Shown piece after piece: positions 1 to 9,582 of a stretch of 51,652 nt of DNA. A model generated the notes under the pieces. The model was given only the letters and a program-made list of their open reading frames with translations. It searched no databases and had not been told where the DNA came from. A program made the position numbers and the translations under genes. Each line of letters opens with the position of its first letter. The first letter of the stretch is position 1. Where the stretch lies: assembly GCA_027491415.1 (NCBI GenBank), contig JAOZFH010000002.1:1-51652 (forward strand). The letters run 5' to 3'. This stretch comes from Thermoproteota archaeon. GTDB lineage: Archaea; Korarchaeota; Korarchaeia; Korarchaeales; Korarchaeaceae.

Positions 1-13
1 GTACGCCGCCCTG

Positions 14-859
14 ATGTTCGCCTCCTCACCGGAGCACATCGAGACCGAGTTCCTGGGCCCGCCTGAGATCTCTCAGAACGAGACGGTCCTGGCCGACCCG
101 CTGAACAGGGGGAGGATGGTCGAGTACGGGGGGGCCGTGGTAACGAGGGTCCTCGTCAACCTGTCGACCGCCGAGTACGTCCGGGACCTGGGCGGCGGGA
201 GGTACGAGATCAAGATCGTGGATCCGTTCACCGCCAGGGACCCCAGGAGCTGGATAGACGTCCTGAAGATCTCGTGGGACGAGGGAGTGGAGGTGCTGAA
301 CGTCGAGTGGGTCCCCAGCTCCGCCTCCGGCCCTACTGAGCGGGGAGACGGGTACCTCCTCTGGCTCAACTACAACGAGCCTTCCGCCCCGGACGCCTAC
401 GTACTGACAGCGCGCCTCCCCGGCCTGATGGTCGCCCCTCCCCCCGGGCTCTCCGTCAGGTTGGAGGCCAGCAGGGTGGGCGACGTCGTCGAGGTCAGGG
501 TGTCCTCCGACCGAGTGAAGTACGCGGTGGTCAGGATAGTCGGCCCCGGCGAGGATCAGGCCAGGGGCGTCTCGCTAGACGTGGGAGGGTGGAGAACCGT
601 CAGGTTCTACGCAGGCGCCCGCGACCTGAGGGCGGAGGTCTACGTCGGCGGCAGGAAGGTCGCCGAGGCGCCCGTCAGCGAGGGCCCCCCCACGGGAGTG
701 GGTGGGGAGAGCCCGAACGCCTCTCAGAGCCCTTTGCCGGCCCTCCTGCTGGTGCTTGGCATCTTGACCTTCCTGGCTGGTCTCAGTCTCGGTGGGAGAG
801 GTCGCAGGGAGAAAGAGGAGGGCCGGTTCGGCTGGCAGGTGGCCTGGGAGACCTGGTAG
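14..859 (+). CDS. Membrane-anchored surface protein of unknown function (probably truncated at the 5' end by the window)
   Basis: Beta-rich ORF with a Pro/Gly linker, C-terminal hydrophobic helix (LPALLLVLGILTFLAGLSL) and a charged tail; the frame is open toward the window start. Confidence 0.6.
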   Translation: MFASSPEHIETEFLGPPEISQNETVLADPLNRGRMVEYGGAVVTRVLVNLSTAEYVRDLGGGRYEIKIVDPFTARDPRSWIDVLKISWDEGVEVLNVEWVPSSASGPTERGDGYLLWLNYNEPSAPDAYVLTARLPGLMVAPPPGLSVRLEASRVGDVVEVRVSSDRVKYAVVRIVGPGEDQARGVSLDVGGWRTVRFYAGARDLRAEVYVGGRKVAEAPVSEGPPTGVGGESPNASQSPLPALLLVLGILTFLAGLSLGGRGRREKEEGRFGWQVAWETW

Positions 860-870
860 GCGACTCCCGC

Positions 871-1503
871 CTAAGGCCTCGGGGAGTTGATAAGAGCCTG
901 CCGATCGTCCTCAATGAACTGAAGGAGCGCCGCCAGGGCGAGGGAGTACATCCCCTCCCCGACCTCCGCGATCACGCACTCCGCCAGCTTGGGGACCCAC
1001 CTCAGCAGGTGCCTCTCCAGCAGGGAGAGCTGGGACCTGATCATGGACTCGACCCTCTCCCTGTCCGCCGATGCGTCGGCCATCTCCTGCTGGTAGGCCA
1101 AGACGTACATGAGGCCCAGCTGACCCGGGAGCGAGTCCAGGTCCAAGCTCTCCACTCCAGCGGACCTCGCGAGCTCCGAGAGCGCGAGCTGAGAGTACTC
1201 ACCCGACTCCACATAGGCGGACTCTCGAGGTCTACACCTCTCGGAGGCGCGTTCTCTCTCCTCCGTCAGTCTCGACACGGATGGTTGATCAACGACGAGC
1301 CTCGTGACCAGCTCCCTCAGGGGGCCCGTCCTGTAGCCCATCGACTCGAGCGCCCCCATCGAGCGACCAAGGGACTCCACCACCCAAGAGACGTCCCGGT
1401 CGGGCTCCTCCCTCAGATCGCCGACAAGAGCCGACAGGGCAGCGTAAACCTCGGCCCTGGCCGCCGAGAGACCCGGGGGCCAGGCCGCCCTCCCTGAACC
1501 CAT
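871..1503 (-). CDS. TorD/DmsD-family molybdoenzyme chaperone-like protein
   Basis: RESAY, DSLPGQLGLMYVL and ERHLLRWVPKLA match the ES.Y, DH...EL.F and HL..W motifs of TorD/DmsD. Confidence 0.65.
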   Translation of the reverse strand: MGSGRAAWPPGLSAARAEVYAALSALVGDLREEPDRDVSWVVESLGRSMGALESMGYRTGPLRELVTRLVVDQPSVSRLTEERERASERCRPRESAYVESGEYSQLALSELARSAGVESLDLDSLPGQLGLMYVLAYQQEMADASADRERVESMIRSQLSLLERHLLRWVPKLAECVIAEVGEGMYSLALAALLQFIEDDRQALINSPRP

Positions 1504-1563
1504 CCCGGATGCCGGTCGGCGAGACGTTAAAACCGGGCGGCGGAGCCAAGCCCCGGTGGTCCC

Positions 1564-2226
1564 TTGGTCCTCGGTCTGGTCGATCTAGCCGCGGCCCTAA
1601 GCGAGCTGGTGAACTCCTCGCCAGACCTCACCTCGGGTCTCGTCAGGGAGGAGGGGGACGGGGAGTTCCTGGTCGCGTTCGACGTCAGGTGGTCCGCTCT
1701 AGAGGACCCGGAAGGTGAGCTCAAGGAGTTCGAGGCGGCGTACTCAGGCTACCGGGTCGTGGGCAGGGGGACCGAGGGCAGAGAGGACGCCTGGATAATC
1801 GTCAGGTCAGACTTCGGCGAGCTTGAAGACCTACTGGAGAGGATCAGCGAGCGAGGGGACGTAGTCGGGGTCCTTTCGGTGAGGGGGAACTCCGCGGAGG
1901 TCGTCGTCTACCCGCAGCGGGCGGCCAGCGCCGCCGCCGTGGGGCTCGCCGGGGAGCTGGTCGAGGCTCTGCTCGAGAGGCTGGGCTGGCCCGACGGGGT
2001 CTTCTACAGCCTGATAGGATACGAGGTCATCTCTGGCGGGCTGAGGCTCCACGCTTCCCTGGCGGTCGACGAGTGTCCCTCCTGGGTGATCCACGAGCAC
2101 GGGGAGGACCACGCGCACGGGCGAGAGCGCGGGGCGCGTGATGGACAAGCCGACTACGGGGGACGGGGCGACGAGCCGGGCTCAGGTGTCGGGGGCGTCC
2201 TGCTCCCTGGGGGGTGGCCCGATTGA
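1564..2226 (+). CDS. Hypothetical protein with a His-rich patch
   Basis: 220-aa ORF with host-like codon usage, TTG start, upstream TTAAAA; contains HEHGEDHAH. Confidence 0.55.
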   Translation: MVLGLVDLAAALSELVNSSPDLTSGLVREEGDGEFLVAFDVRWSALEDPEGELKEFEAAYSGYRVVGRGTEGREDAWIIVRSDFGELEDLLERISERGDVVGVLSVRGNSAEVVVYPQRAASAAAVGLAGELVEALLERLGWPDGVFYSLIGYEVISGGLRLHASLAVDECPSWVIHEHGEDHAHGRERGARDGQADYGGRGDEPGSGVGGVLLPGGWPD

Positions 2227-2771
2227 TGGATCTGTCCCACCTCGTCGGGGTCCTCAGGAGGCTATCGGAGGATCCCAGCGTGGTCTCGGCAACCTTAGAT
2301 CTCGGCCTTCGGAGGATAACCGTCGAGGTCAGGCTTCCAGACCTGGCTCCACTCCTCGAGTCGGCGGCCGAGGAGTACAGAGCCGTGGGGTGGCGGGTTG
2401 ACTTCGATCTCAGCGGAGACTCGCCTACCGTCGTCGTCAGGGCTCCCCGGAGAGAGGTCGGTCGGGTCCTCTCCCTGGCCAGGGGTAGGGGCGACTCGAT
2501 TCTGGAGGTTAGAGTCCCCTCCGGCGGCTCCCGGGACGTCGAGGTGAGGATTGAGGCGTCGGGGGCCACAGTCGGCGAGGTGGCCGCGGTCGAGGCCAGG
2601 GAGGCGCTGAGAAGGGCCGGTCTCCCCGGCGCCGACGGCATGCCCGCCGAGCTTGAGACTGTCACGAGGGACGCGAGCGTCCCCGTGTTCCTGCCAACGG
2701 GAACCGGCAGCACCCGCGGCCTCGTCGCCTCCGTCTCGGTGTGCCTCCCGCCGAGGATCGGAGAGTCCTAG
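2214..2771 (+). CDS. Hypothetical protein, possible paralog of the upstream ORF
   Basis: Overlaps the upstream stop; ESAAEEYRAVG resembles EAAYSGYRVVG of the upstream ORF. Confidence 0.55.
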   Translation: MARLMDLSHLVGVLRRLSEDPSVVSATLDLGLRRITVEVRLPDLAPLLESAAEEYRAVGWRVDFDLSGDSPTVVVRAPRREVGRVLSLARGRGDSILEVRVPSGGSRDVEVRIEASGATVGEVAAVEAREALRRAGLPGADGMPAELETVTRDASVPVFLPTGTGSTRGLVASVSVCLPPRIGES

Positions 2772-2777
2772 GGGGCG

Positions 2778-3887
2778 CTACCTCCTCCCCAGCCTGCTGG
2801 CGAGCCTCTTGGCGACCGCCAGGGGAACCCTGGTCCACACCCACCTCCAGAACTCCCGGAACTCCAGCTCCCCGACGTTGGCGAGGGTGTACCTCCTCGC
2901 TATCTCCGGGTCCGACGCCATGTAGTCGTAGAACCTCTTCATCCTCGGCAGGACCACGTTGGCCGCCTTGGCCCTGAGCTCCAAGTCCTGAAGCAGCGGC
3001 CCCAGTAGTCTCTCGTAGAGGCCGGGATCTCCGCTGAGAATGGCCTGGGACGCGGCCCGAGCGCTCACCAGCGCCTGGTATATGCCCTCTCCGGTGAGGG
3101 GGTCGGCGAGGCCCGCGGCGTCGCCCACCAGGAGCACCCTCCCGGACGCGAGCCGCCTGCTCCGGCCAATGGGTATGACGCCGTACTCCACCGGCGTGTC
3201 CAACCTGAGGCCCAGCGACCTCACGTACCTCTCCAGGTGACCCTTCAAGTTCTCCATGAGGGGGAGCATTCCCCCAACGCCCACGGTCACCCTCCCGGAG
3301 AGGGGGAAGGCCCAGCCGTACCCCCCGCGAGGGACGGCGTCCATCTGGAACAGGGCCACGTCGTATCCTCCCGAGGGCCTCGACTCGACCGCCGCGATGA
3401 GTTCTCCCGGCGGATAGCCGGACCTCAGCCCGACCCACCTCCCGACCGAACCGGCCACGCCGTCGGCGCCGATCACCCAGTCCGCCGAGTAGGCGTTCCG
3501 GCGCGTCCTCACCACCAGCCCCTCCCCCCCGGTGGACACCCCGATCGCCGGCTCCCCATCCAGGAACTCCGCACCCTCCGCTTCGGCCCAGTGGACCAGC
3601 GAGGCATCGAAGTCGGCCCTGTCGACCGTGGCGATCACCCAGGGGTTGTGGAACACCTCCACGGAGCGGCCCCACCCCCGAACCAGGACCCTGTCCAAGA
3701 GCCTCTGGATCGGGAGCTCCGACTGGTGGAAGCCGAACTCCTCCAGCAGCCTCACGGTCTTCAGAGTCAGGCCGCCCCCGCACGGCTTGTCTCTTGGGAA
3801 CCTGCGCATCTCGAGGAGGAGCACCTTCAGGCCCGACCTTGCCAGCAGGGCCGCCGAGGCGCTGCCGGCGGGACCCGCGCCGACCAC
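2778..3887 (-). CDS. Geranylgeranyl reductase family FAD-dependent oxidoreductase
   Basis: VVGAGPAG Rossmann motif, PRDKPCGGG, GADG, GYGWAFP, VGDAAGLADPLTGEGIYQA. The true start is uncertain. Confidence 0.9.
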   Translation of the reverse strand: MVGAGPAGSASAALLARSGLKVLLLEMRRFPRDKPCGGGLTLKTVRLLEEFGFHQSELPIQRLLDRVLVRGWGRSVEVFHNPWVIATVDRADFDASLVHWAEAEGAEFLDGEPAIGVSTGGEGLVVRTRRNAYSADWVIGADGVAGSVGRWVGLRSGYPPGELIAAVESRPSGGYDVALFQMDAVPRGGYGWAFPLSGRVTVGVGGMLPLMENLKGHLERYVRSLGLRLDTPVEYGVIPIGRSRRLASGRVLLVGDAAGLADPLTGEGIYQALVSARAASQAILSGDPGLYERLLGPLLQDLELRAKAANVVLPRMKRFYDYMASDPEIARRYTLANVGELEFREFWRWVWTRVPLAVAKRLASRLGRR

Positions 3888-3946
3888 GGCGACGTCGAAT
3901 CGTCTCGTGGGCGCTCAACCCCCCCAATCACTTCGTTACAACCGCG

Positions 3947-4654
3947 TCACGGGCCGAACTTCTCCAGGACCTCCTCGAGCCGCGCCCTGATCTCGGCCTG
4001 GACCTCCTCGACGCCCCTCTCCCTGCCGCCTTCTACCTCGTCGACCTCGATGACCGTGACCCCCTCCGCCCTGAGGTCGTCCAGGAGCCTCCTGAAGTTA
4101 CGATAGGTCTCCATTAGGTCGGCCCTGTTCTCGTAGATCTGCCACGTCCACCTGGACCTCCTTATCCGCGAGGCCGAGACGTCCGGGGGAACGTCCAGGT
4201 AGACCACCACGTCAGGGAGCGGGGCGTACCTGTTCACCTCCCTCACCCAGTCGAGATCCACGCTCAGGGAGAGGGTACCAACGTCCCTTCCGCCCTGGTA
4301 GGCCATGGAGGAGATCACGTACCTGTCCGAGATGACCACGTAACCCTCCTTGAGGGCCGAAAGGATTCCCCTGTGCCTGGGTCCCGGGCCGTAGGGATCC
4401 TCGTAGAGGTGGTAGAGCCTGTCCGCCGCGAAGAGGAGGGCCATCACGTGGGGGTAGGGGGTTATGTTTACCTGCCTGCTCATTATACCCCTTAGGAGGA
4501 AGCCTATCATCGACTCGGTGGGCTCCTTCGTGAGGAATACCTTCTCTAAGCCCTTCTCCTCAATCAACCACTTCTCAACGAGTCTGGAGTGGGTGGTCAG
4601 CCCGGCGCCGTCTATCCCCTCAAAGGCTATGAAGAGACCCTTCCAATCCCCCAT
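3947..4654 (-). CDS. tmk: Thymidylate kinase
   Basis: FIAFEGIDGAGLTT P-loop, TKEPT, LLFAADR, ISDRY..SSMAYQG, PDVVVYLDV; GGAGGTG RBS precedes the ATG at 4654. Confidence 0.9.
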   Translation of the reverse strand: MGDWKGLFIAFEGIDGAGLTTHSRLVEKWLIEEKGLEKVFLTKEPTESMIGFLLRGIMSRQVNITPYPHVMALLFAADRLYHLYEDPYGPGPRHRGILSALKEGYVVISDRYVISSMAYQGGRDVGTLSLSVDLDWVREVNRYAPLPDVVVYLDVPPDVSASRIRRSRWTWQIYENRADLMETYRNFRRLLDDLRAEGVTVIEVDEVEGGRERGVEEVQAEIRARLEEVLEKFGP

Positions 4655-4938
4655 CGACGCACCTCCCGTCGCCGGGTCCCGCCCCATTAATGAATTTCTC
4701 TCGGACCCGGCGACCTCGAATCTGAGGAGCTGCGATCTTGATGGGGATCGGGCCAATGCTGGCACGGCCTTGAGCTGACAGCCCGCGTCCTACGCCAGCT
4801 AGGCGGAAGCCCCTTTCGTCGGGCCACTAGGATCACATGGTTTGAATTTTTAACAAAAAGCCGGACCAGCTCGCTGAATGGGTTAAGTTTTAGAGTGGAC
4901 GAGAATGGGTCCGGCAGCCTCCAAAGGAGGTGCACCTA

Positions 4939-6579
4939 ATGAGAAGGAGGAGCGGAATATCCAGGGCCGCGGTAGGCGCCCTGATCGTTGTGGTGCTGCT
5001 GATCTTGGTCGGCGCCTACCTGGCCATGAGGCCTAGCCCCGCCCCAACGACGGCTCCGCCCGCGACGACGACCGGGGCGCCCCCGACATCCCCCCCAGCG
5101 CCCAAGTACGCCGACACCATCATCATCGGGGTGACTGACAAGGTCTCGGACCTCGACCCCGCGATGGCTTACGACTTCTACACGTGGGAGGTCTTCAACA
5201 ACATAGGGGAGGGGCCGTTCAAGTACAAGCCCGGGACGACCGAGCTCATCCCCGGGATAATAGAGAGCTACGAGGTGCAGGAGGGAGGGAAGGTCTACAT
5301 CCTCCACCTCAGGCAGAACCTGAAGTTCGCGGACGGGACCCCCTGCACCGCCCAGACCCTGAAGTGGTCCATAGACAGGGTAGCGAGGATCCAGGGAGAC
5401 CCAGCGTGGTTCGTGCTGGACTTCGTAAACTACACCGAGGTAGTCGACGACTACACGCTCAAGATAGTGCTCCAGCAGCCCGTCGCCTTCTTCCCGGCCG
5501 TCCTGGCCGTGCCGACCTACTTCCCGATCCCGCCTGACAAGTATCCGGCCGATCAGGTGTCCTCCGACAATACCGCCGGAAGCGTCGGGCCCTACAAAAT
5601 CGTCAAGTGGGTGAGGGATCAGGAACTCGTCCTGGAGGCGAATCCCTACTACTACGGTGAGCCGCCGAAGACGAAGAGGATCATAGTCAGGTTCTACAAG
5701 GACGCGACATCCCTGAGGATGGCCCTAGAGGCAGGGGAAATCGACATAGCCTGGAGGACGCTGAATCCCACCGACATTAAGGACCTCAGGAGCAAGCCGG
5801 GAATCAAGATCTACGAGAATCCGGGCTCCTTCATCAGGTACATCGTCATAAATACGAACATCCCGCCCTTCGACAACAAGCTCGTGAGGCAGGCCCTGGC
5901 GGCCGCCCTGAACAGGCAGGCGATCTGCGACACCGTGTTCATGGGGACCACCGAGCCCCTCTACAGCCTGGTGCCGAACGGCATGTGGAGTCACGTCGAC
6001 GCTTTCAAGGAGAAGTACGGAGACCACAACATAGAACTCGCCAGGCAGCTCCTGCAGCAGGCCGGATACTCCGAGGAGAACAAGCTGGTCGTTGACCTCT
6101 GGTACACCACGACGCACTACGGCGACACCGAGGCGGACGTGGCGGCGCTGATCAAGGCGGCCTGGGAGGAGACCGGAATGATTCAGGTGAACGTCCACAG
6201 CGCCGAGTGGTCCACCTACCTCGACCTCACCAGGCAGGGCCAGCTACCCGTGACGCTGTACGGGTGGTACCCGGACTACATAGACCCCGACAACTTCCTG
6301 TACCCGTTCCTGCACACCGGGTCGAACCGCTGGCTTGGCGAGCCCTACAGCAACCCTGACCTAGACGCCCTGCTTGAGCAGGCGCAGGTGGAGCTGGACC
6401 AGAACGTCAGGGCTCAGCTATATCAGCAGATCCAGCAAATACTCGCAGAGGACGCCCCAATCATACCCATCTTCCAAGGTAAGCTCGTCCTGGCCGCCAA
6501 GGATAACGTCCAGGGCATAGTACTGGATCCCGTCATGCTGCTTAGGTACTATCTGCTCGTGAAGCTGGCGGAGGGCTGA
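4939..6579 (+). CDS. dppA: Peptide/nickel ABC transporter substrate-binding protein (family 5)
   Basis: N-terminal TM anchor and Pro/Thr linker, LDPA, LKFADGTP, GPYK, VRQALAAALNR, GWYPDYIDPDNFL; GGAGG RBS. Confidence 0.92.
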   Translation: MRRRSGISRAAVGALIVVVLLILVGAYLAMRPSPAPTTAPPATTTGAPPTSPPAPKYADTIIIGVTDKVSDLDPAMAYDFYTWEVFNNIGEGPFKYKPGTTELIPGIIESYEVQEGGKVYILHLRQNLKFADGTPCTAQTLKWSIDRVARIQGDPAWFVLDFVNYTEVVDDYTLKIVLQQPVAFFPAVLAVPTYFPIPPDKYPADQVSSDNTAGSVGPYKIVKWVRDQELVLEANPYYYGEPPKTKRIIVRFYKDATSLRMALEAGEIDIAWRTLNPTDIKDLRSKPGIKIYENPGSFIRYIVINTNIPPFDNKLVRQALAAALNRQAICDTVFMGTTEPLYSLVPNGMWSHVDAFKEKYGDHNIELARQLLQQAGYSEENKLVVDLWYTTTHYGDTEADVAALIKAAWEETGMIQVNVHSAEWSTYLDLTRQGQLPVTLYGWYPDYIDPDNFLYPFLHTGSNRWLGEPYSNPDLDALLEQAQVELDQNVRAQLYQQIQQILAEDAPIIPIFQGKLVLAAKDNVQGIVLDPVMLLRYYLLVKLAEG

Positions 6580-6600
6580 ACCCTCCTCCCCGCCCCCTCC

Positions 6601-6605
6601 TTTTT
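6601..6605 (+). terminator. Possible archaeal oligo-T terminator or attenuator after the binding-protein gene
   Basis: Pyrimidine tract ending in TTTTT directly after the stop codon. Confidence 0.35.
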
Positions 6606-6665
6606 CCCAAGGCATGGGCGCGGCTGCTTTTTAGGTAGAGTTCTGGGCCGGGGTGTGGTGGTCCG

Positions 6666-7679
6666 TTGGCCTCGCTGAGGGCTTACGTCCTGACGAGGAT
6701 CCTCTTGACGATTCCCATGATCTTCATCCTACTGACCGTGGTGTTTCTCGTGATGAGGGTTCTTCCAGGAAACCCAGTGATAGCGATGGTCGGCATGAAG
6801 GCTTCAGAGGAACAGATCAGGCAGCTGATGCACCAGTTGGGGCTGGACAAGCCCCTCTGGAGGCAGTACCTCGACTACCTCTCCAAGGTGCTACGGGGGG
6901 ACCTGGGCAACTCTATGATTTGGGGCAGGAGGCCCGTCATCGACGAGATCATGGATCACTTCCCGGCCACCATCGAGCTGACCATATCCGGCTTCGCCGT
7001 GAGCGTCCTACTGGGGATAGTCACGGGGACCGCGGCCGGCCTCAGGAGGGGAACCGGATTGGACCTGGCCATGAGGGTCTACAGCATCGTGGTCTACGCC
7101 CTCTTCATACCGTGGCTGGGCATGATGCTCCAGTACGTATTTGGTGTCAAGCTGGGCTGGTTTCCCGTGGGCGGGAGGATAGGGCCCATGATGGAGCCCG
7201 AGCACGTGACGGGCCTCTACGTGCTCGACTCCATACTCACCCTGAACTGGGGCAGCCTGGCCAGCGCCCTGAGGTACCTGACGCTCCCGTCTCTGACCCT
7301 TGGCGTGGTGCTCTCGGGGGTGTACACCAGGCTGGTCAGGACGAGCCTCAGCGAGGTCTTGGAGCAGGACTTCATCCGGGCCGCCAGGTCCAGGGGGGTG
7401 TCGGAGCGGGTCGTCCTCTTCAGGCACGCCCTGAAGAACGCCTTCATACCCATCCTGACCATGATGGGCCTCCAGTTCGCCCTCCTGCTCGCAGGCGCGG
7501 TGCTGACGGAGACGACCTTCTCGTGGCCGGGCATGGGAACCTTCCTCATGGAGAGGATAATCTACAGGGACTTCACGACGGTGCAGGGGACTATAGTGTT
7601 CTACGCCCTCTTCGTGGCCCTGGTGAGCCTATTGGTCGACCTGATCTACGCGTACATCGACCCGAGGATAAGGTACTGA
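6666..7679 (+). CDS. dppB: Peptide ABC transporter permease
   Basis: LPGNP, GLDKPLWRQY, GDLGNS, FPATIEL, RAARSRG, HALKNA, IDPRIRY. Confidence 0.93.
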   Translation: MASLRAYVLTRILLTIPMIFILLTVVFLVMRVLPGNPVIAMVGMKASEEQIRQLMHQLGLDKPLWRQYLDYLSKVLRGDLGNSMIWGRRPVIDEIMDHFPATIELTISGFAVSVLLGIVTGTAAGLRRGTGLDLAMRVYSIVVYALFIPWLGMMLQYVFGVKLGWFPVGGRIGPMMEPEHVTGLYVLDSILTLNWGSLASALRYLTLPSLTLGVVLSGVYTRLVRTSLSEVLEQDFIRAARSRGVSERVVLFRHALKNAFIPILTMMGLQFALLLAGAVLTETTFSWPGMGTFLMERIIYRDFTTVQGTIVFYALFVALVSLLVDLIYAYIDPRIRY

Positions 7680-7689
7680 GGGGGTGGCG

Positions 7690-8556
7690 ATGTCCGGGGT
7701 CTTCGGGCGGCTCGCCGGGGGTAAGCTGGCGACCCTGGGGAGGGCCAGGGGGATAGAGAGGTTCATGCTCGGGGTAGGGCTCGCAATCGTACTGCTGGTT
7801 ATAGGGATGGCCGCGTTCGCCGACGTCCTGTCGCCATATGACCCCATAGAGATAGCCGACAGGCCGATCCTGCCGCCCTCCAGAGGGCACCCACTGGGGA
7901 CCGACTCACTCGGGAGAGACGTATTCAGCCGGGTGCTCCACGGGTCCAGGACGATGCTCACAGTCGTCTCGCTGTCGACGCTCATCTCGCTCTTCGTCGG
8001 CGTGCCGCTGGGTCTCCTCTCGGGGTACAGGGGAGGGGTGTTGGACAGGGCCCTCTCGCTGGTCATGGACAGCATATACGCATTCCCGGGACTCATACTG
8101 GCGATAGCCGTCGCTGCCATGCTAGGGCCCGGAGTCTACAACACGGCCATATCGATAGCGGTGGTCTACATGCCGACGTACTTTAGAATGGTCAGGGGAG
8201 AGGTCCTGAGCCTCAAGGAGAGGACCTTCGTCGAGGCGGCCAGGGCGCTGGGGGCCAGGGACCGGACGATCCTGAGGAGGTACCTCCTCCCCAACGTCCT
8301 GCCCACCATACTCGTGGTCTTCTCCCTCAACGTGGCCGACGCGGTCCTCACCGAGGCCGGCCTGAGCTTCCTGGGTTTGAGCGTCCCGTCTCCAACCCCC
8401 GACTGGGGGTTCGACATGAGGAACGGGCAGAGGTACTTCCTCTCGGGATACTGGTGGCTCGTCACCTTTCCCGGCCTCATGATAATCCTGCTCTGCGTGG
8501 GATTCAGTCTGCTCGGCGAGGGACTGGACGCCATCCTGAACCCGCGGGAGGCGTGA
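7690..8556 (+). CDS. dppC: Peptide ABC transporter permease
   Basis: HPLGTDSLGRDVFSR, EAARALGA EAA loop, EAGLSFLGL, PDWG. Confidence 0.93.
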   Translation: MSGVFGRLAGGKLATLGRARGIERFMLGVGLAIVLLVIGMAAFADVLSPYDPIEIADRPILPPSRGHPLGTDSLGRDVFSRVLHGSRTMLTVVSLSTLISLFVGVPLGLLSGYRGGVLDRALSLVMDSIYAFPGLILAIAVAAMLGPGVYNTAISIAVVYMPTYFRMVRGEVLSLKERTFVEAARALGARDRTILRRYLLPNVLPTILVVFSLNVADAVLTEAGLSFLGLSVPSPTPDWGFDMRNGQRYFLSGYWWLVTFPGLMIILLCVGFSLLGEGLDAILNPREA

Positions 8557-8559
8557 CCG

Positions 8560-9582
8560 ATGGGGGGCGAACTCCTGAGGATAGAGGACCTCAAGGTTCA
8601 CTACTTCACCTCGGGAGGGGTGGTGAGGGCCGTCGACGGGGTCGACCTGGAGGTGGGGCGAGGGGAGCTGGTCGGCCTCGTTGGGGAGTCCGGGAGCGGC
8701 AAGAGCACCCTCGGCCTGGCCATCCCTAGGCTGATCCCTCCCCCGGGGAGGATCGTGGGGGGCAGTATAGTGTTCGACGGCCTCGACCTCACCGAACTCA
8801 GCGAGGAGGGGATGCGCGATATCAGGGGGAGGAGGATAGGGATGGTCTTCCAGGACCCCATGACCTCCCTCGACCCCCTCATGAAGGTGGGGGACCAGAT
8901 AGCCGAGACCATCCTGGCCCACGAGGACGTCTCCAAGTCAGAGGCGAGGGCGAGGGCCGAGGAACTCCTCGAGGCGGTGGGCATACCCCGCGACAGGTAC
9001 GACGACTACCCCCACCAGTTCAGCGGCGGAATGAGGCAGAGGGTCATGATCGCGTCGGCAATAGCGCTCAAGCCGGACCTCCTCATAGCCGACGAGCCCA
9101 CCACGGCGCTGGACGTCATAGTCCAGGCTCAGATCCTGCACCTCTTCAGGGAGCTCCAGAGGAGCATGGGGATGAGCGTGATACTCATCACGCACGACAT
9201 GGCGCTTGAGATGCAGGTGGCCGACAGGATAGCCGTCATGTACGGCGGGTGGATCGTGGAGTACTCTCCCGCGGCTGCGATGGCGAGAAACCCGCTAAAT
9301 CCCTACACGGCCGAACTCCTGAAGGCCATACCGAATATCGAGCTGGAGGATCAGAGGCTGGTCTCGATACCGGGCTCTCCGCCCGACCTGAGGGCCCCGC
9401 CCCCGGGGTGCAGGTTCCACCCCAGGTGCCGCAGGAGGTTCGAGCCCTGCGCCACTGAGGAGCCCCCGCTAGTCGAGGTCGACGGGAGATTAGTGAAGTG
9501 CCACCTCTACGCTTCGGGAGGGCCGGACTCGGCTGGAGGATCGGAGAGAGGTGAGGGGGAGAGGGAGAATGGGCGAGGATGA
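8560..9582 (+). CDS. dppD: Peptide ABC transporter ATPase
   Basis: [27 protein letters not shown]-terminal GCRFHPRC. Confidence 0.93.
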   Translation: MGGELLRIEDLKVHYFTSGGVVRAVDGVDLEVGRGELVGLVGESGSGKSTLGLAIPRLIPPPGRIVGGSIVFDGLDLTELSEEGMRDIRGRRIGMVFQDPMTSLDPLMKVGDQIAETILAHEDVSKSEARARAEELLEAVGIPRDRYDDYPHQFSGGMRQRVMIASAIALKPDLLIADEPTTALDVIVQAQILHLFRELQRSMGMSVILITHDMALEMQVADRIAVMYGGWIVEYSPAAAMARNPLNPYTAELLKAIPNIELEDQRLVSIPGSPPDLRAPPPGCRFHPRCRRRFEPCATEEPPLVEVDGRLVKCHLYASGGPDSAGGSERGEGERENGRG

